From: Akkermansia muciniphila
Lineage (GTDB): Bacteria > Verrucomicrobiota > Verrucomicrobiia > Verrucomicrobiales > Verrucomicrobiaceae
Assembly: GCA_945863205.1 (NCBI GenBank)
Contig: CAMAZK010000001.1
Location: forward strand, 2,683-66,682
Length of the DNA stretch: 64,000 bases
Direction of reading: 5' to 3'
This document shows, one piece after another, positions 55,498 to 64,000 of this stretch. The first letter of the stretch is position 1, and every line of letters begins with the position of its first letter. The notes below the pieces were generated by a model. That model saw only the letters and a list, made by a program, of their open reading frames with translations. It was not told where the DNA came from and did not search any database. A program made the translations under genes and the position numbers.

Positions 55498-56484
55498 TCA
55501 CTTCACCACCGGACGCAGCACCATGTTGCGGTAGTCCACGTTGGTGTGGTCGCCTTGCAGGAAGATCGGACCGGGCTTGAACTCGTCGCTGGTCAGCGCT
55601 CCGCCGGTGCAGCCGAGCACGGGGGCGTTGTCGATGATCGTCTGGCCGTTGAGGATGACCGTCAGATGGCGGTCCACCAGCGTGATGTCGAGCGTCTGCC
55701 ACTCGCCGATCGGCTTCTCCGCCGCCACGCTGGGGGTGATGCGGCTGTAAAGCGCCCCCATGTGGTGCGAGTCGAGCTGCTTGCCGAAGCTCTCCATGAC
55801 CTGTACCTCATAAATGCCGCGCAGGTAGATGCCGCTGTTGCTGCCTTCCTGCGTGCGCACTTCGGTCTTCAGATTGAAGTCCTCAAACTCCGCGTCCGTG
55901 CGCAGATTGCCGAAGTGCTTGTCCTTCTCCTTCACCACGCGGTTCTGCAGCACGCCGTCCACCACGCTCCAGCCGTTGTCGGCGGATTTGATCAGGCTCC
56001 AGCCCGTGAGATCCTTGCCGTTCAAAAGCGGGATCGGCTCGCCGAATTTCACCTTGGAGAGATCGGGCGCCGCCGGCAGGTCCGCGATGCGCTTGCCGGT
56101 GAATTCGGCGGGCGCTCCCATGGCTTTGCCGCCTTCTTTGGCCTTCGACGTGACCAGATTCAAAACGTCGCCGGCGCGGGTGGCGGAAATCGTCTCCGTC
56201 ACCGTATCTCCCGGGCTGCCGTCTTTTTTCTTCGTCTTGCTGACGCGGGTGACGATCAACGTGTCGCCATCGACCTTCGTGCTGGCCGTCGGCACCACGC
56301 TGCCGCCGCCCCAGAGGATGCTGGAGCTCAGGGTGCCGTCCTTTTCCTCCACGCCCAGCCAGCCTGCGCCGCCTCCGGGAATCGTCAGCGCCCAGCGGCC
56401 GATGAACGGATTGTCTGCGGCATTCAAAACAGAGCCGAGGGTGAACACGGCGGCGAGGGAGAGGCTGCGAATCGAGGAGAGCAT
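55498..56484 (-). CDS. DUF1080 domain protein
   Basis: LLNGKDLTGW, NSGIYLRGIYEVQV, FLQGDH...YRN. Confidence 0.85.
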   Translation of the reverse strand: MLSSIRSLSLAAVFTLGSVLNAADNPFIGRWALTIPGGGAGWLGVEEKDGTLSSSILWGGGSVVPTASTKVDGDTLIVTRVSKTKKKDGSPGDTVTETISATRAGDVLNLVTSKAKEGGKAMGAPAEFTGKRIADLPAAPDLSKVKFGEPIPLLNGKDLTGWSLIKSADNGWSVVDGVLQNRVVKEKDKHFGNLRTDAEFEDFNLKTEVRTQEGSNSGIYLRGIYEVQVMESFGKQLDSHHMGALYSRITPSVAAEKPIGEWQTLDITLVDRHLTVILNGQTIIDNAPVLGCTGGALTSDEFKPGPIFLQGDHTNVDYRNMVLRPVVK

Positions 56485-56527
56485 GAAATGGCGGGTTGGA
56501 GGTTCGGTGGGGCGGGTGAAAACGGGT

Positions 56528-57532
56528 TTACTTGCGCTGATCCTTCACGCAGTCGGGATCGGGATCGGTCGGCGTGCCGGTTTGATCGACGGGATGATTG
56601 AAAAGATACTGCCAGACGGCCTCGTGGATGAATTTCCCGTCCGCACCCTTCACCGCCGCACCGCCGGGCGTCACGGAGCTGTGCGCGCGTTTGTCGTCGC
56701 CCTTCACATCGGCGTCCGTGATCAGGCGGCGCGTGTTTTGAAACGGCGGAGCGACCTTGTCCACGTTCACGATGGGGCCGAACTCGTTCATGTCCATCAT
56801 CTCCCACGAGCGGCAGTAGTGATCGCCCGTCCAGCCGCCGTCGAGCACGTGGCTGAAGCCGAAGATGCGGTTCCCCGGCGTCGCTGAGGGCAGCGCCTGC
56901 CAGCTTTCGTAATTGTCACGCGGTCCGCAGAAGCACACCACGCGATCCACCTTCTGATGCTTCGCAAAGCGGGCGGAGGTCGTCGCTCCATGCGAGGAGC
57001 CGGACACGATCACCTTATCCCAGTCCAAGCTCTTGCCGTCCTTGCTCAGGAACTGCTTCCACTTGCCCTTCGGATGCTCCTTGGACAGCCATTTCACGAA
57101 CTGAAACGCCCGCTCCATCATGCCGTCCGGCTGCGGGATGCTCACCAGATCGCTGTGATCCTCGCCCGTCGCCGCTTCGAGCCGGATGTCGCCCAAAGTC
57201 TTGCCGTCATCGCGTCGCGCCGGCGGGATGATGCCGAACCACTTGTTCGCGTAATGCACCTGGATCGCATGCAGCCCGTAGCTGTTCAGCCGCTCGAACA
57301 GCCCCGAGTTGTGCCCCATCAGCCAGATCACCAGCTTCCCCTGCGCTTTCACCTTCGTGTCCACGCTCGCATTTTGAAGGTCCTGCGGTTTCCCGCTCTT
57401 GTCCGTGAACACAAAGTCGATCTCCGGATGCTCCTTAGCCCGCGGATCGATCTCGCTCGCGCGTTTTGAGATGGTTTCAGCGGCATTCAAGCTGACCGAC
57501 AATGCCAACAGGCAGGTGATGATGTGTTTCAT
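56528..57532 (-). CDS. secreted alpha/beta-hydrolase-like protein (BPSS1187-like)
   Basis: Signal peptide, GSSHG elbow. Family assignment is tentative. Confidence 0.55.
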   Translation of the reverse strand: MKHIITCLLALSVSLNAAETISKRASEIDPRAKEHPEIDFVFTDKSGKPQDLQNASVDTKVKAQGKLVIWLMGHNSGLFERLNSYGLHAIQVHYANKWFGIIPPARRDDGKTLGDIRLEAATGEDHSDLVSIPQPDGMMERAFQFVKWLSKEHPKGKWKQFLSKDGKSLDWDKVIVSGSSHGATTSARFAKHQKVDRVVCFCGPRDNYESWQALPSATPGNRIFGFSHVLDGGWTGDHYCRSWEMMDMNEFGPIVNVDKVAPPFQNTRRLITDADVKGDDKRAHSSVTPGGAAVKGADGKFIHEAVWQYLFNHPVDQTGTPTDPDPDCVKDQRK

Positions 57533-57540
57533 AGGGTGAT

Positions 57541-58374
57541 TCAGGATTCAAAACGCAGACCGGCCGTGTAGGTCCCCACGCTGCGGATCGTCGCGCCGTC
57601 GGCTTCTGTCTGCGCCAGCGCCTTCTGCACGCGTGGATCGGCGGTGGAGCCCTCGATCTCGATGTAAAAGCGGTATTTGTTCGGCTGGCCGCGGATCGGG
57701 CGCGATTCGAGGCGCTTCATGTTGATGTCGTTCTCGCTCAGTGGCGTCAGGAAGCGGCACAGGCTGCCGGAGCGGTCCGGCAGCTCCACCACGAGTGCGG
57801 TGCGGTTGTGTTCGAGCGACGGCGTGTTCGCCGCATGCCCGATGAGATAAAACTGCGTGATGTTCGGCACCTCGCCCGCGATGGGGAAATGCAAAATCTC
57901 CAGGCCATGCCGCTCCGCATTCTGCCGTGGCCCGATCGCAGCCGCTCCAGGCGTGGCGACGGCCTTTTCCGCCGCTTTGGCCGTGCTCGGCTCCACGACG
58001 CGTTTCACGTCGGGGTAATTCGCCTTCAGCCAGTCATCGCCGTGAAAAAACGGCATCGCGTGCGAGTGGATGGAGACGATTTTCTCTCCTTCCCGGCCTA
58101 GCAGCGCCAGTTTCACATCCAGCGTTAGTTCTTCGAGAATGCGCAGCACACAGCGCACATCCACAAGCCGGTCCACCGTGTCGATGATGAACCCGCCAGA
58201 CGAGTTTTCGATCGGCACGATGCCCAGCGCCTCCGGATTCGAGGCCAGGAAGTCGAACACATCGCCCACATTGTCCCGCAGGCTCACCGCCACGCCTGGG
58301 AAGCGCATCTGCGTGATCAGATGCGAAAAACTGCCCTCTGGGCCGAGGCAGGCGATGGTTGGCGATGGGTTCAT
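57541..58374 (-). CDS. pheA: prephenate dehydratase (PDT + ACT)
   Basis: LGPEGSFSH, VPIENS, ST..AA, ACT domain with ESRP. Confidence 0.85.
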   Translation of the reverse strand: MNPSPTIACLGPEGSFSHLITQMRFPGVAVSLRDNVGDVFDFLASNPEALGIVPIENSSGGFIIDTVDRLVDVRCVLRILEELTLDVKLALLGREGEKIVSIHSHAMPFFHGDDWLKANYPDVKRVVEPSTAKAAEKAVATPGAAAIGPRQNAERHGLEILHFPIAGEVPNITQFYLIGHAANTPSLEHNRTALVVELPDRSGSLCRFLTPLSENDINMKRLESRPIRGQPNKYRFYIEIEGSTADPRVQKALAQTEADGATIRSVGTYTAGLRFES

Positions 58375-58457
58375 GCGAGCCGGGCATGCTCGGCTGCTGA
58401 CGCCCACGGTCAAGAACACCGCACTGGATTTCATCGCACCCTCGCGTTCCTTTCCCC

Positions 58458-60713
58458 ATGCGCCGCCGCTGGAAAGCCATTCTCATCACCCTGCTCGTCC
58501 TCGCGGCCGTCGGTTGGTGGGGTGTGCCGTGGCTGGTCCCCTTGCCGGAAGCGCTGCTGAAACCGCCGCCCGCCTCCGCGCTCTACCTCGCGCGTGACGG
58601 CACACCGCTGCGGCATCTGCTGAATGAAAACGGCACGCGCTCCGCACCGCCGGTCAAGTTCGCGGAACTCCCGACCACGCTCGTGCATGCCCTGCTCGCT
58701 GCGGAGGACAAACGCTTCTTCTCCCACGGCGGCGTCGATCCCCTTGCCGTGGCCCGCGCAGCCTGGGACAACTCACGCAACAAACGCATCGTCTCAGGCG
58801 CGTCCACCATCCATCAGCAGCTCATCAAGAACACGATGCCGCGAGCGTGGAGCCGCACGTTGTGGGTGAAGCTCGTCGAAGCGCTGCAGGCGCGTCATCT
58901 AGCGATGTCCTGGAGCCGCGAAGACGTGCTCGCCGCCTACGCGAACCGCATTTCCTTCGGCAATCTCATGACCGGCGTCGCCACGGCGGCCTCCGGTTAC
59001 TTCCACAAGCCGCTCAACGACCTCACGCCCGCCGAATGCGCGCTACTCGCCGCGTTGCCGCAGTCACCGGGCCGTTTGAACCCGTTTCGCAATCTGGAGG
59101 CCGTCCTGCCGCGCCAGCGGCGCATCCTCGATCAAATGCACGCGCTCGGCTGGCTCGATGACGAACAGCATCGTGTCGCCTTGGATCAAAAAATCGTGCT
59201 TCAACGCTTCAGCGGCGGATTTGAGGCACCGCATGCGGTGGAAATGCTGCGCGGCGAATCCGATGCCACCACGATCCGCACCACGCTCGATGCCACGCTG
59301 CAGCAGCAGGTCGAAACGATCATCGCGCAACGGTTGGAGGCCCTCAAAGGCCGCCATGTGACGCATGGAGCCGTCGTCGTGATCGACAACGCCACCGGCG
59401 CTGTGCTCGCGCTCGCCGGCTCGCGCGATTTCTTTGCCAGCGATGGCGGCCAGCTCAACGGAGCATGGGCGCCGCATTCCCCCGGCTCGGCGATGAAGCC
59501 GTTCACGTATTTGATCGCCTTCGAACGCGGTGCCACGCCCGCGAGCATCGTCGCCGATCTACCCATCGAGTTCGCGACCAGCAGCGGCACCTACAAGCCA
59601 GAAAACTACTCCCTGCGCAGCTACGGGCCGATGACTTATCGCCACGCGCTCGGCAATTCGCTGAACATCTCCGCCGTGCGCGTGCTGGATTCCATCGGCG
59701 GCGCAGAGACCCTGCTGCCGCGCCTGCGCGAACTCGGATTGACCACGCTGAACGAAGACGCTGCGCACTACGGCCTCGGCCTCACCATCGGGAATGCGTC
59801 CGTGCGCTTGATCGAACTCGGCAACGCCTACGCCTGCCTCGCGCGTCTTGGTCGCTTCAAGCCGTGGACGATGCGTGCGGATGTTCCCGTCACGGAAGAA
59901 CGCCAACTGCTCGGCGAAAACGAATCTTGGCTCATCGCTGACATCCTCAGCGACAATCAGGCGCGCGAGATGTCCTTCGGCAGGCACTCCGTGCTGCGCC
60001 TGCCCTTCAAATGCGCCGTCAAAACCGGCACCAGCTCCACTTTTCGCGACAACTGGACGCTCGGCTACACACCCGAGTTCACCGTCGGAGTATGGGTCGG
60101 CAATTTCGACAACACACCGATGCAGGACGTCAGCGGCGTCACCGGCGCAGGGCCGATCTTCCGCGATGTGATGCTGCATCTGCATGAAAAACATCCCGCC
60201 ACGTGGTTTGAGCGCCCGACAGCCATCACTCAGGCCCGCATCGACCCCCGCACCGGCAAACGCCTCACGCCGCAAACGCCGCCCGCTCGTGTGAGCCGCG
60301 AGGACTTCTTTGTCGCCGACCGAATGCCGTCCGTGGCCCAGGCTGCGGATTACGACTCACGCGGCCGCGCCATCCTGCCGCGTGAATACGCCGACTGGGT
60401 GAAAAGCAGCGCCAACTGGCTCGGCGATCTCGTCACCACCGCCGAGGCCGACACGCGACCGCAGCTCCGCATCACAAATCCCATCCCCGGCACCGTCGTC
60501 ATCCTCGATCCCGACATCCGGAACAACGGCAATCGCCTGCTGCTGCAAGCCACCGGCGCCACTCAACCGAGCTGGAGCTGCCAGAGCCTCGAACTCCGCG
60601 TCGAAGACACACACACCTTCGCCATTCTCAAGCCCGGCCGCCACGAGATCGAACTGCGCGATGAAGCGAGCGGCTTGAGTGCGAATACGTTTGTGATCGT
60701 TCAAGAAGAATAG
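58458..60713 (+). CDS. pbpC: penicillin-binding protein 1C
   Basis: EDKRF, GASTI.QQ (transglycosylase); SAMK, SLN, KTGT (transpeptidase); C-terminal I..P..G domain. Confidence 0.9.
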   Translation: MRRRWKAILITLLVLAAVGWWGVPWLVPLPEALLKPPPASALYLARDGTPLRHLLNENGTRSAPPVKFAELPTTLVHALLAAEDKRFFSHGGVDPLAVARAAWDNSRNKRIVSGASTIHQQLIKNTMPRAWSRTLWVKLVEALQARHLAMSWSREDVLAAYANRISFGNLMTGVATAASGYFHKPLNDLTPAECALLAALPQSPGRLNPFRNLEAVLPRQRRILDQMHALGWLDDEQHRVALDQKIVLQRFSGGFEAPHAVEMLRGESDATTIRTTLDATLQQQVETIIAQRLEALKGRHVTHGAVVVIDNATGAVLALAGSRDFFASDGGQLNGAWAPHSPGSAMKPFTYLIAFERGATPASIVADLPIEFATSSGTYKPENYSLRSYGPMTYRHALGNSLNISAVRVLDSIGGAETLLPRLRELGLTTLNEDAAHYGLGLTIGNASVRLIELGNAYACLARLGRFKPWTMRADVPVTEERQLLGENESWLIADILSDNQAREMSFGRHSVLRLPFKCAVKTGTSSTFRDNWTLGYTPEFTVGVWVGNFDNTPMQDVSGVTGAGPIFRDVMLHLHEKHPATWFERPTAITQARIDPRTGKRLTPQTPPARVSREDFFVADRMPSVAQAADYDSRGRAILPREYADWVKSSANWLGDLVTTAEADTRPQLRITNPIPGTVVILDPDIRNNGNRLLLQATGATQPSWSCQSLELRVEDTHTFAILKPGRHEIELRDEASGLSANTFVIVQEE

Positions 60714-60715
60714 CC

Positions 60716-61162
60716 ATGGTCCCACCCGAAGAAATGTATCTCAAGGTGCTTCATGAAGCGGAACCTGTGGCTTCAAAGCTTTACCTGGACGTTTGCGAAC
60801 AACATTTCGCCAGTCCCGATGAAGCGGCGCTTCACTTTGGACTCAACCCTTTGCAGACCGACTGGCGATCCATCGACAAGCCCCTTGCATTAGCTGTGCT
60901 TGAGAGTCTTCTCCGAACAGATCTAGCATACGGCCAACCACGGCTTTCAAAGCACGAGACAAAGATCTCTATTGAGGAGTTCATTACTCACTTCGGCCTC
61001 AGAGCACAATTCTTTACCAACGGCGAGTGGGAAACTCGCGGGCATTTTAACGCGGAAACTGGAGTCTGTTTGGATCAAGGAAGCTACCCTGCATTTGATG
61101 GTGGGGTTTTGGCGCTCGATGAAGGTAAGGCCGGAGTACTTTGGCTGGAAGACGAGGACTGA
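60716..61162 (+). CDS. hypothetical protein (lower GC)
   Basis: 148-aa ORF starting 2 bp after pbpC; acidic C-terminus FDGGV...LWLEDED. Confidence 0.6.
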   Translation: MVPPEEMYLKVLHEAEPVASKLYLDVCEQHFASPDEAALHFGLNPLQTDWRSIDKPLALAVLESLLRTDLAYGQPRLSKHETKISIEEFITHFGLRAQFFTNGEWETRGHFNAETGVCLDQGSYPAFDGGVLALDEGKAGVLWLEDED

Positions 61163-61373
61163 ACCTTGCTCGCCAGCCGCTCGCGATACACCTGTCGAAC
61201 ATGTGCATACGCCGTCACGGCACCAGCGTGCTCTTTGGGATCATGAACGCTGCGTTTTGTGACAAACTTCTGTCGCTGTTTCGAACTGAGCACGAATAAG
61301 TTTGTGATCATGCACGAGAAGTAGCTCAGGCGAGACGAAGAGGTGAAAAGGATGCCGAAGGCAATCGTTGTGG

Positions 61374-62156
61374 ATGCTTCCGTTCGTGAAGACATCATCC
61401 ATCCTTCGCCTCTTAGTGCTTCAATCAGCAGCGTCGCTCTTTGCTGCTGATGACGCCAAACAGCTCCTCGAACAAAGCCACACCACCGGCCGACTCGTCG
61501 TGCATGTGGGCGCTGGGGATGGGGCGCTGGCGGCGGACATCGCGGCGGCACGGCCTTCGCTGATCGTGCAGGCGCTGGATGATGATGCAGCGGCAGCAAC
61601 CCCGGCAACGAATTGACGGACGAGGAAAAGGCGACAGCGCGGAAACGTGCGGCGGAGTTTCGGCTTTGACGGCAAACGTGTGGCGCTCATGGGGCACAGT
61701 GCGGGCGCGCATCTGTCGGCGCTGGTCGGCACGGATCTCGGCTATCTCAGCAAGGCCGGCCTGAATGCGAAGTCACTGCGTGGTGTGATCCCGCTCGATG
61801 GCGCGTGCTACGACGTACCGCGCCAGATCGCGGAAGGCGGCGAGTTCATGCACGACACCTATTTGCAGGCCTTTGGCAGCGATCAGAAACGCCAGGCTGC
61901 GTTGTCACCTATCCAGCACGCGGCCGCGCCGAACGCGCCTGCTTTTCTCATCCTCCACGTCCAGCGCGTGGATGGGACAGCGCAATCCAAGGCCATCGCG
62001 GCTGCGTTGCGCGAGGCTGGAACGTTCGTCGAGATCCAGGGCTTCACCGGCGTCGGCCTCAAAGGCCATGCCGAGATCAACCGCCAGATGGGTGATCCCT
62101 CCTACCCGGCCACGCCGGTCGTCGATGCTTGGTTGAAGCGGATGTTTGACCGGTGA
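61374..62156 (+). pseudogene. mosaic remnant: N-terminus of a secreted methyltransferase-like/PQQ protein joined to a 5'-truncated alpha/beta hydrolase
   Basis: Signal peptide + LVVHVGAGDG...VQALD; then NELTDEEKA; then RAAEF[frameshift]GFDGKRVALMGHSAG...LDG...GHAEIN. The HGG-containing N-terminus is missing. Confidence 0.65.
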
Positions 62157-62194
62157 TGGGCGGTGGGATTCGACTGGGCGTCGTGTGCGTCGGC

Positions 62195-64000
62195 TCAGCG
62201 TGGCTGCAGGCGCACCTCATCCACGTCAAAGCTTCCCTGCTCGCCAGCCCACGTGGCCATGATGGCCACTTTGCCAGCGTGGCGGATCGTGTCGCGCCAG
62301 GAGAAGGCCTGCGGCGACGGCTTCCAGCCTGCGGCTCGTGCCTCTTCGTCGGTCCAATCGTAGCGGATCGTTTTGGAGATCGTCTGCCACTCGGCAGTGA
62401 GCGGCGGGAGCTTCTCGCACTCCCATTGCGCGATGTCTCGGGCAAAGATTCCCATGCTCATCTTGCCTCCAGTCTTCGCCGTGCGGATGCGGGTGGAGAG
62501 CGTCACCTCGTCGCCACCGAGCAGTGCAGGCCAGTCGCCCTCCAGCGGCAGCCCATGGAGGATCGGGCTCAGGTTTTTGGAGCGCGACACTGAGATGTAG
62601 CCCTCCGCGTGATGTTTGATCGCATCTACGCCCTTCCAGTTCTCGGCGTCGAGATCGAAGGTTAAAACCAACGGCTCCGAACGCGCCGCTACGCGCGGCA
62701 GACGCCCCAGTTTCGGCGCGGGCAGATCGGTCTTCACGAGCGTGACGCCGGTGATCGCGTAAAGTTTCGCGTCGGGAGCGAGCGTCAGTCGCAGGCGCAC
62801 CTGGCCGTCTGCCTCCGGCAGCGTTTCCATCTTCACGTCGCCATCGGCATTGAGGCGAATCGGCTGATTGGTCGCGCGCAGCAGCGAAGTCGTGAGCACT
62901 GCGGGCTTCCCGGCTTCAGTTGGCTCATACGCCGCAAAGCGGTCTTCACGCAACCGTGCAAGGCAGAGGTCTCCCGAGCGCTTCCAGCCTTGATGCACCG
63001 CAGGACTCCCGCCGTAATAGATGAGCAGTTCACCGTCCTGAACGACCGGTGGGCCGGCCTGTGCGTAGATGCAGCCGCTGTCGTAGCTTCCCGCCGCGCC
63101 AAGCGGCAGGAAGGCCTTGCCCGGTGCCACGCGCTGCCAGTGGATCGAGTCCGGACTCCACGCGAGCTCCACGTCCACCGTCCTTCCGGCACCGACGTGA
63201 TACATCATCACGTAGCCGAGGTAGAGATTGGCATAGGGGAAAACGGTGAGCGCGTACGTCTGATGCACGCGACCTTCGTCCAGCGTGCTGCGCAGCACGA
63301 CGCCACTGCTCTTCCAGTGCAGGAAATCGTCGCTCTCGAGCCGCGTCACCAATCGCTCGCCGAGGTAGAGCTTCGTGAACCACAGATACTTGCCGAGGCG
63401 GGTGTCAAAAAAGGCATTGTTGTGCGTGTCGCCCTGCTGCGCCGTGAAGCCCTGCACCCCGCTTGCTTCGCCCCATCGAATCCCATCCGCGCTGAAACGC
63501 ACCCGAGGTTTGCCAAGACCAATGTCGAAGACCATCTTGTAGCGCCGTGCGGGATCAGGATCCTGTAGGTCTTTGAAGACACCCACGTTCGGGCAGTCAC
63601 GCGACACGATGTTGTTGGCCGCGCTGCCTGCGAAACGATGCAGGCCGAGCTCAGGCCGCTCCCACGTGAGGCCGTGGCGTGACGTGGCGTAGAGCAGATA
63701 CCAGCCGACATCATGCACCGTGCTGGGCTGATCCATCTGTGCGATCACTTCCTTGTCCGCGAGCACGTCCTTATACCAAAGCTTCCACAGCTTCTCCTCC
63801 GCATCCCAAAGCACATTTGGGTAGTAGTTGTTCGTGGCGTTTTCCCAAGGCTGATTCGAGCGCAGCAGCGGATTGCGCGACTCCTTGACCGGCGAGCCGA
63901 GGACGAGCTTGGCGTTTTCTGCATGTTCGATCACCCGGGTGTCGAGCATGAGCAGTTTGGCCTCATCGGGTGCGACGTGCTGCGGTTCGGCGGCCGATAG
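62195..64000 (-). CDS. five-bladed beta-propeller glycoside hydrolase-like secreted protein, 5'-partial
   Basis: NPLL...PWE, YATS.HGLTWERP, SADGIRW, SPDSIHW, IYYGG; frame stays open to the window edge (...LSAAEPQ). Confidence 0.7.
   Translation of the reverse strand, partial: LSAAEPQHVAPDEAKLLMLDTRVIEHAENAKLVLGSPVKESRNPLLRSNQPWENATNNYYPNVLWDAEEKLWKLWYKDVLADKEVIAQMDQPSTVHDVGWYLLYATSRHGLTWERPELGLHRFAGSAANNIVSRDCPNVGVFKDLQDPDPARRYKMVFDIGLGKPRVRFSADGIRWGEASGVQGFTAQQGDTHNNAFFDTRLGKYLWFTKLYLGERLVTRLESDDFLHWKSSGVVLRSTLDEGRVHQTYALTVFPYANLYLGYVMMYHVGAGRTVDVELAWSPDSIHWQRVAPGKAFLPLGAAGSYDSGCIYAQAGPPVVQDGELLIYYGGSPAVHQGWKRSGDLCLARLREDRFAAYEPTEAGKPAVLTTSLLRATNQPIRLNADGDVKMETLPEADGQVRLRLTLAPDAKLYAITGVTLVKTDLPAPKLGRLPRVAARSEPLVLTFDLDAENWKGVDAIKHHAEGYISVSRSKNLSPILHGLPLEGDWPALLGGDEVTLSTRIRTAKTGGKMSMGIFARDIAQWECEKLPPLTAEWQTISKTIRYDWTDEEARAAGWKPSPQAFSWRDTIRHAGKVAIMATWAGEQGSFDVDEVRLQPR

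Noticed and set aside
1-64000. Genetic-code reassignment to explain the in-frame TGA and TAG
   Set aside because: Both codons terminate many well-conserved genes at the expected positions in this window.

Overview
A GC-rich bacterial chromosomal window, most likely Verrucomicrobiota (Prosthecobacter/Verrucomicrobium-like). This is inferred from DUF1501, DUF1549-DUF1553, DUF1552, DUF1080, planctomycete cytochrome c, the sulfatases and a Verrucomicrobia-type C-terminal domain. It holds about 50 CDS. Housekeeping genes are pyrC, nuoB-nuoC, recQ, pheA, pbpC and msrA; there are DNA-repair/light genes (FeS-BCP photolyase, tspO, SMUG1-type UDG) and many secreted or periplasmic proteins. I saw no rRNA, tRNA, CRISPR array, transposase or integrase. 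The most interesting signals are: (1) a four-helix-bundle gene with heptamer-built inverted repeats sitting exactly between a response regulator and its kinase, with an ORF-less counterpart between nuoB and nuoC; (2) a VIT-vWA/vWA/two-component operon with an upstream OmpR-type direct repeat; (3) an RlaP-like nucleotidyltransferase pair broken by a lower-GC VOC/PIN-TA/NTase cassette; (4) a perfect Rex/CRP-type operator ahead of a stand-alone nuoBC; (5) a 36-aa, 8-Cys peptide ORF before recQ that is not in the ORF track; (6) in-frame stops at functionally meaningful positions (TGA at the sulfatase catalytic Cys, TAG right after the signal anchor of a ~1400-aa surface metalloprotease); (7) 9-bp GATC-phased repeats in frame inside a DUF1549/DUF1553 gene; and (8) several REP-like doublets and gene remnants. 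All family assignments come from motif recognition by eye; no searches were run.
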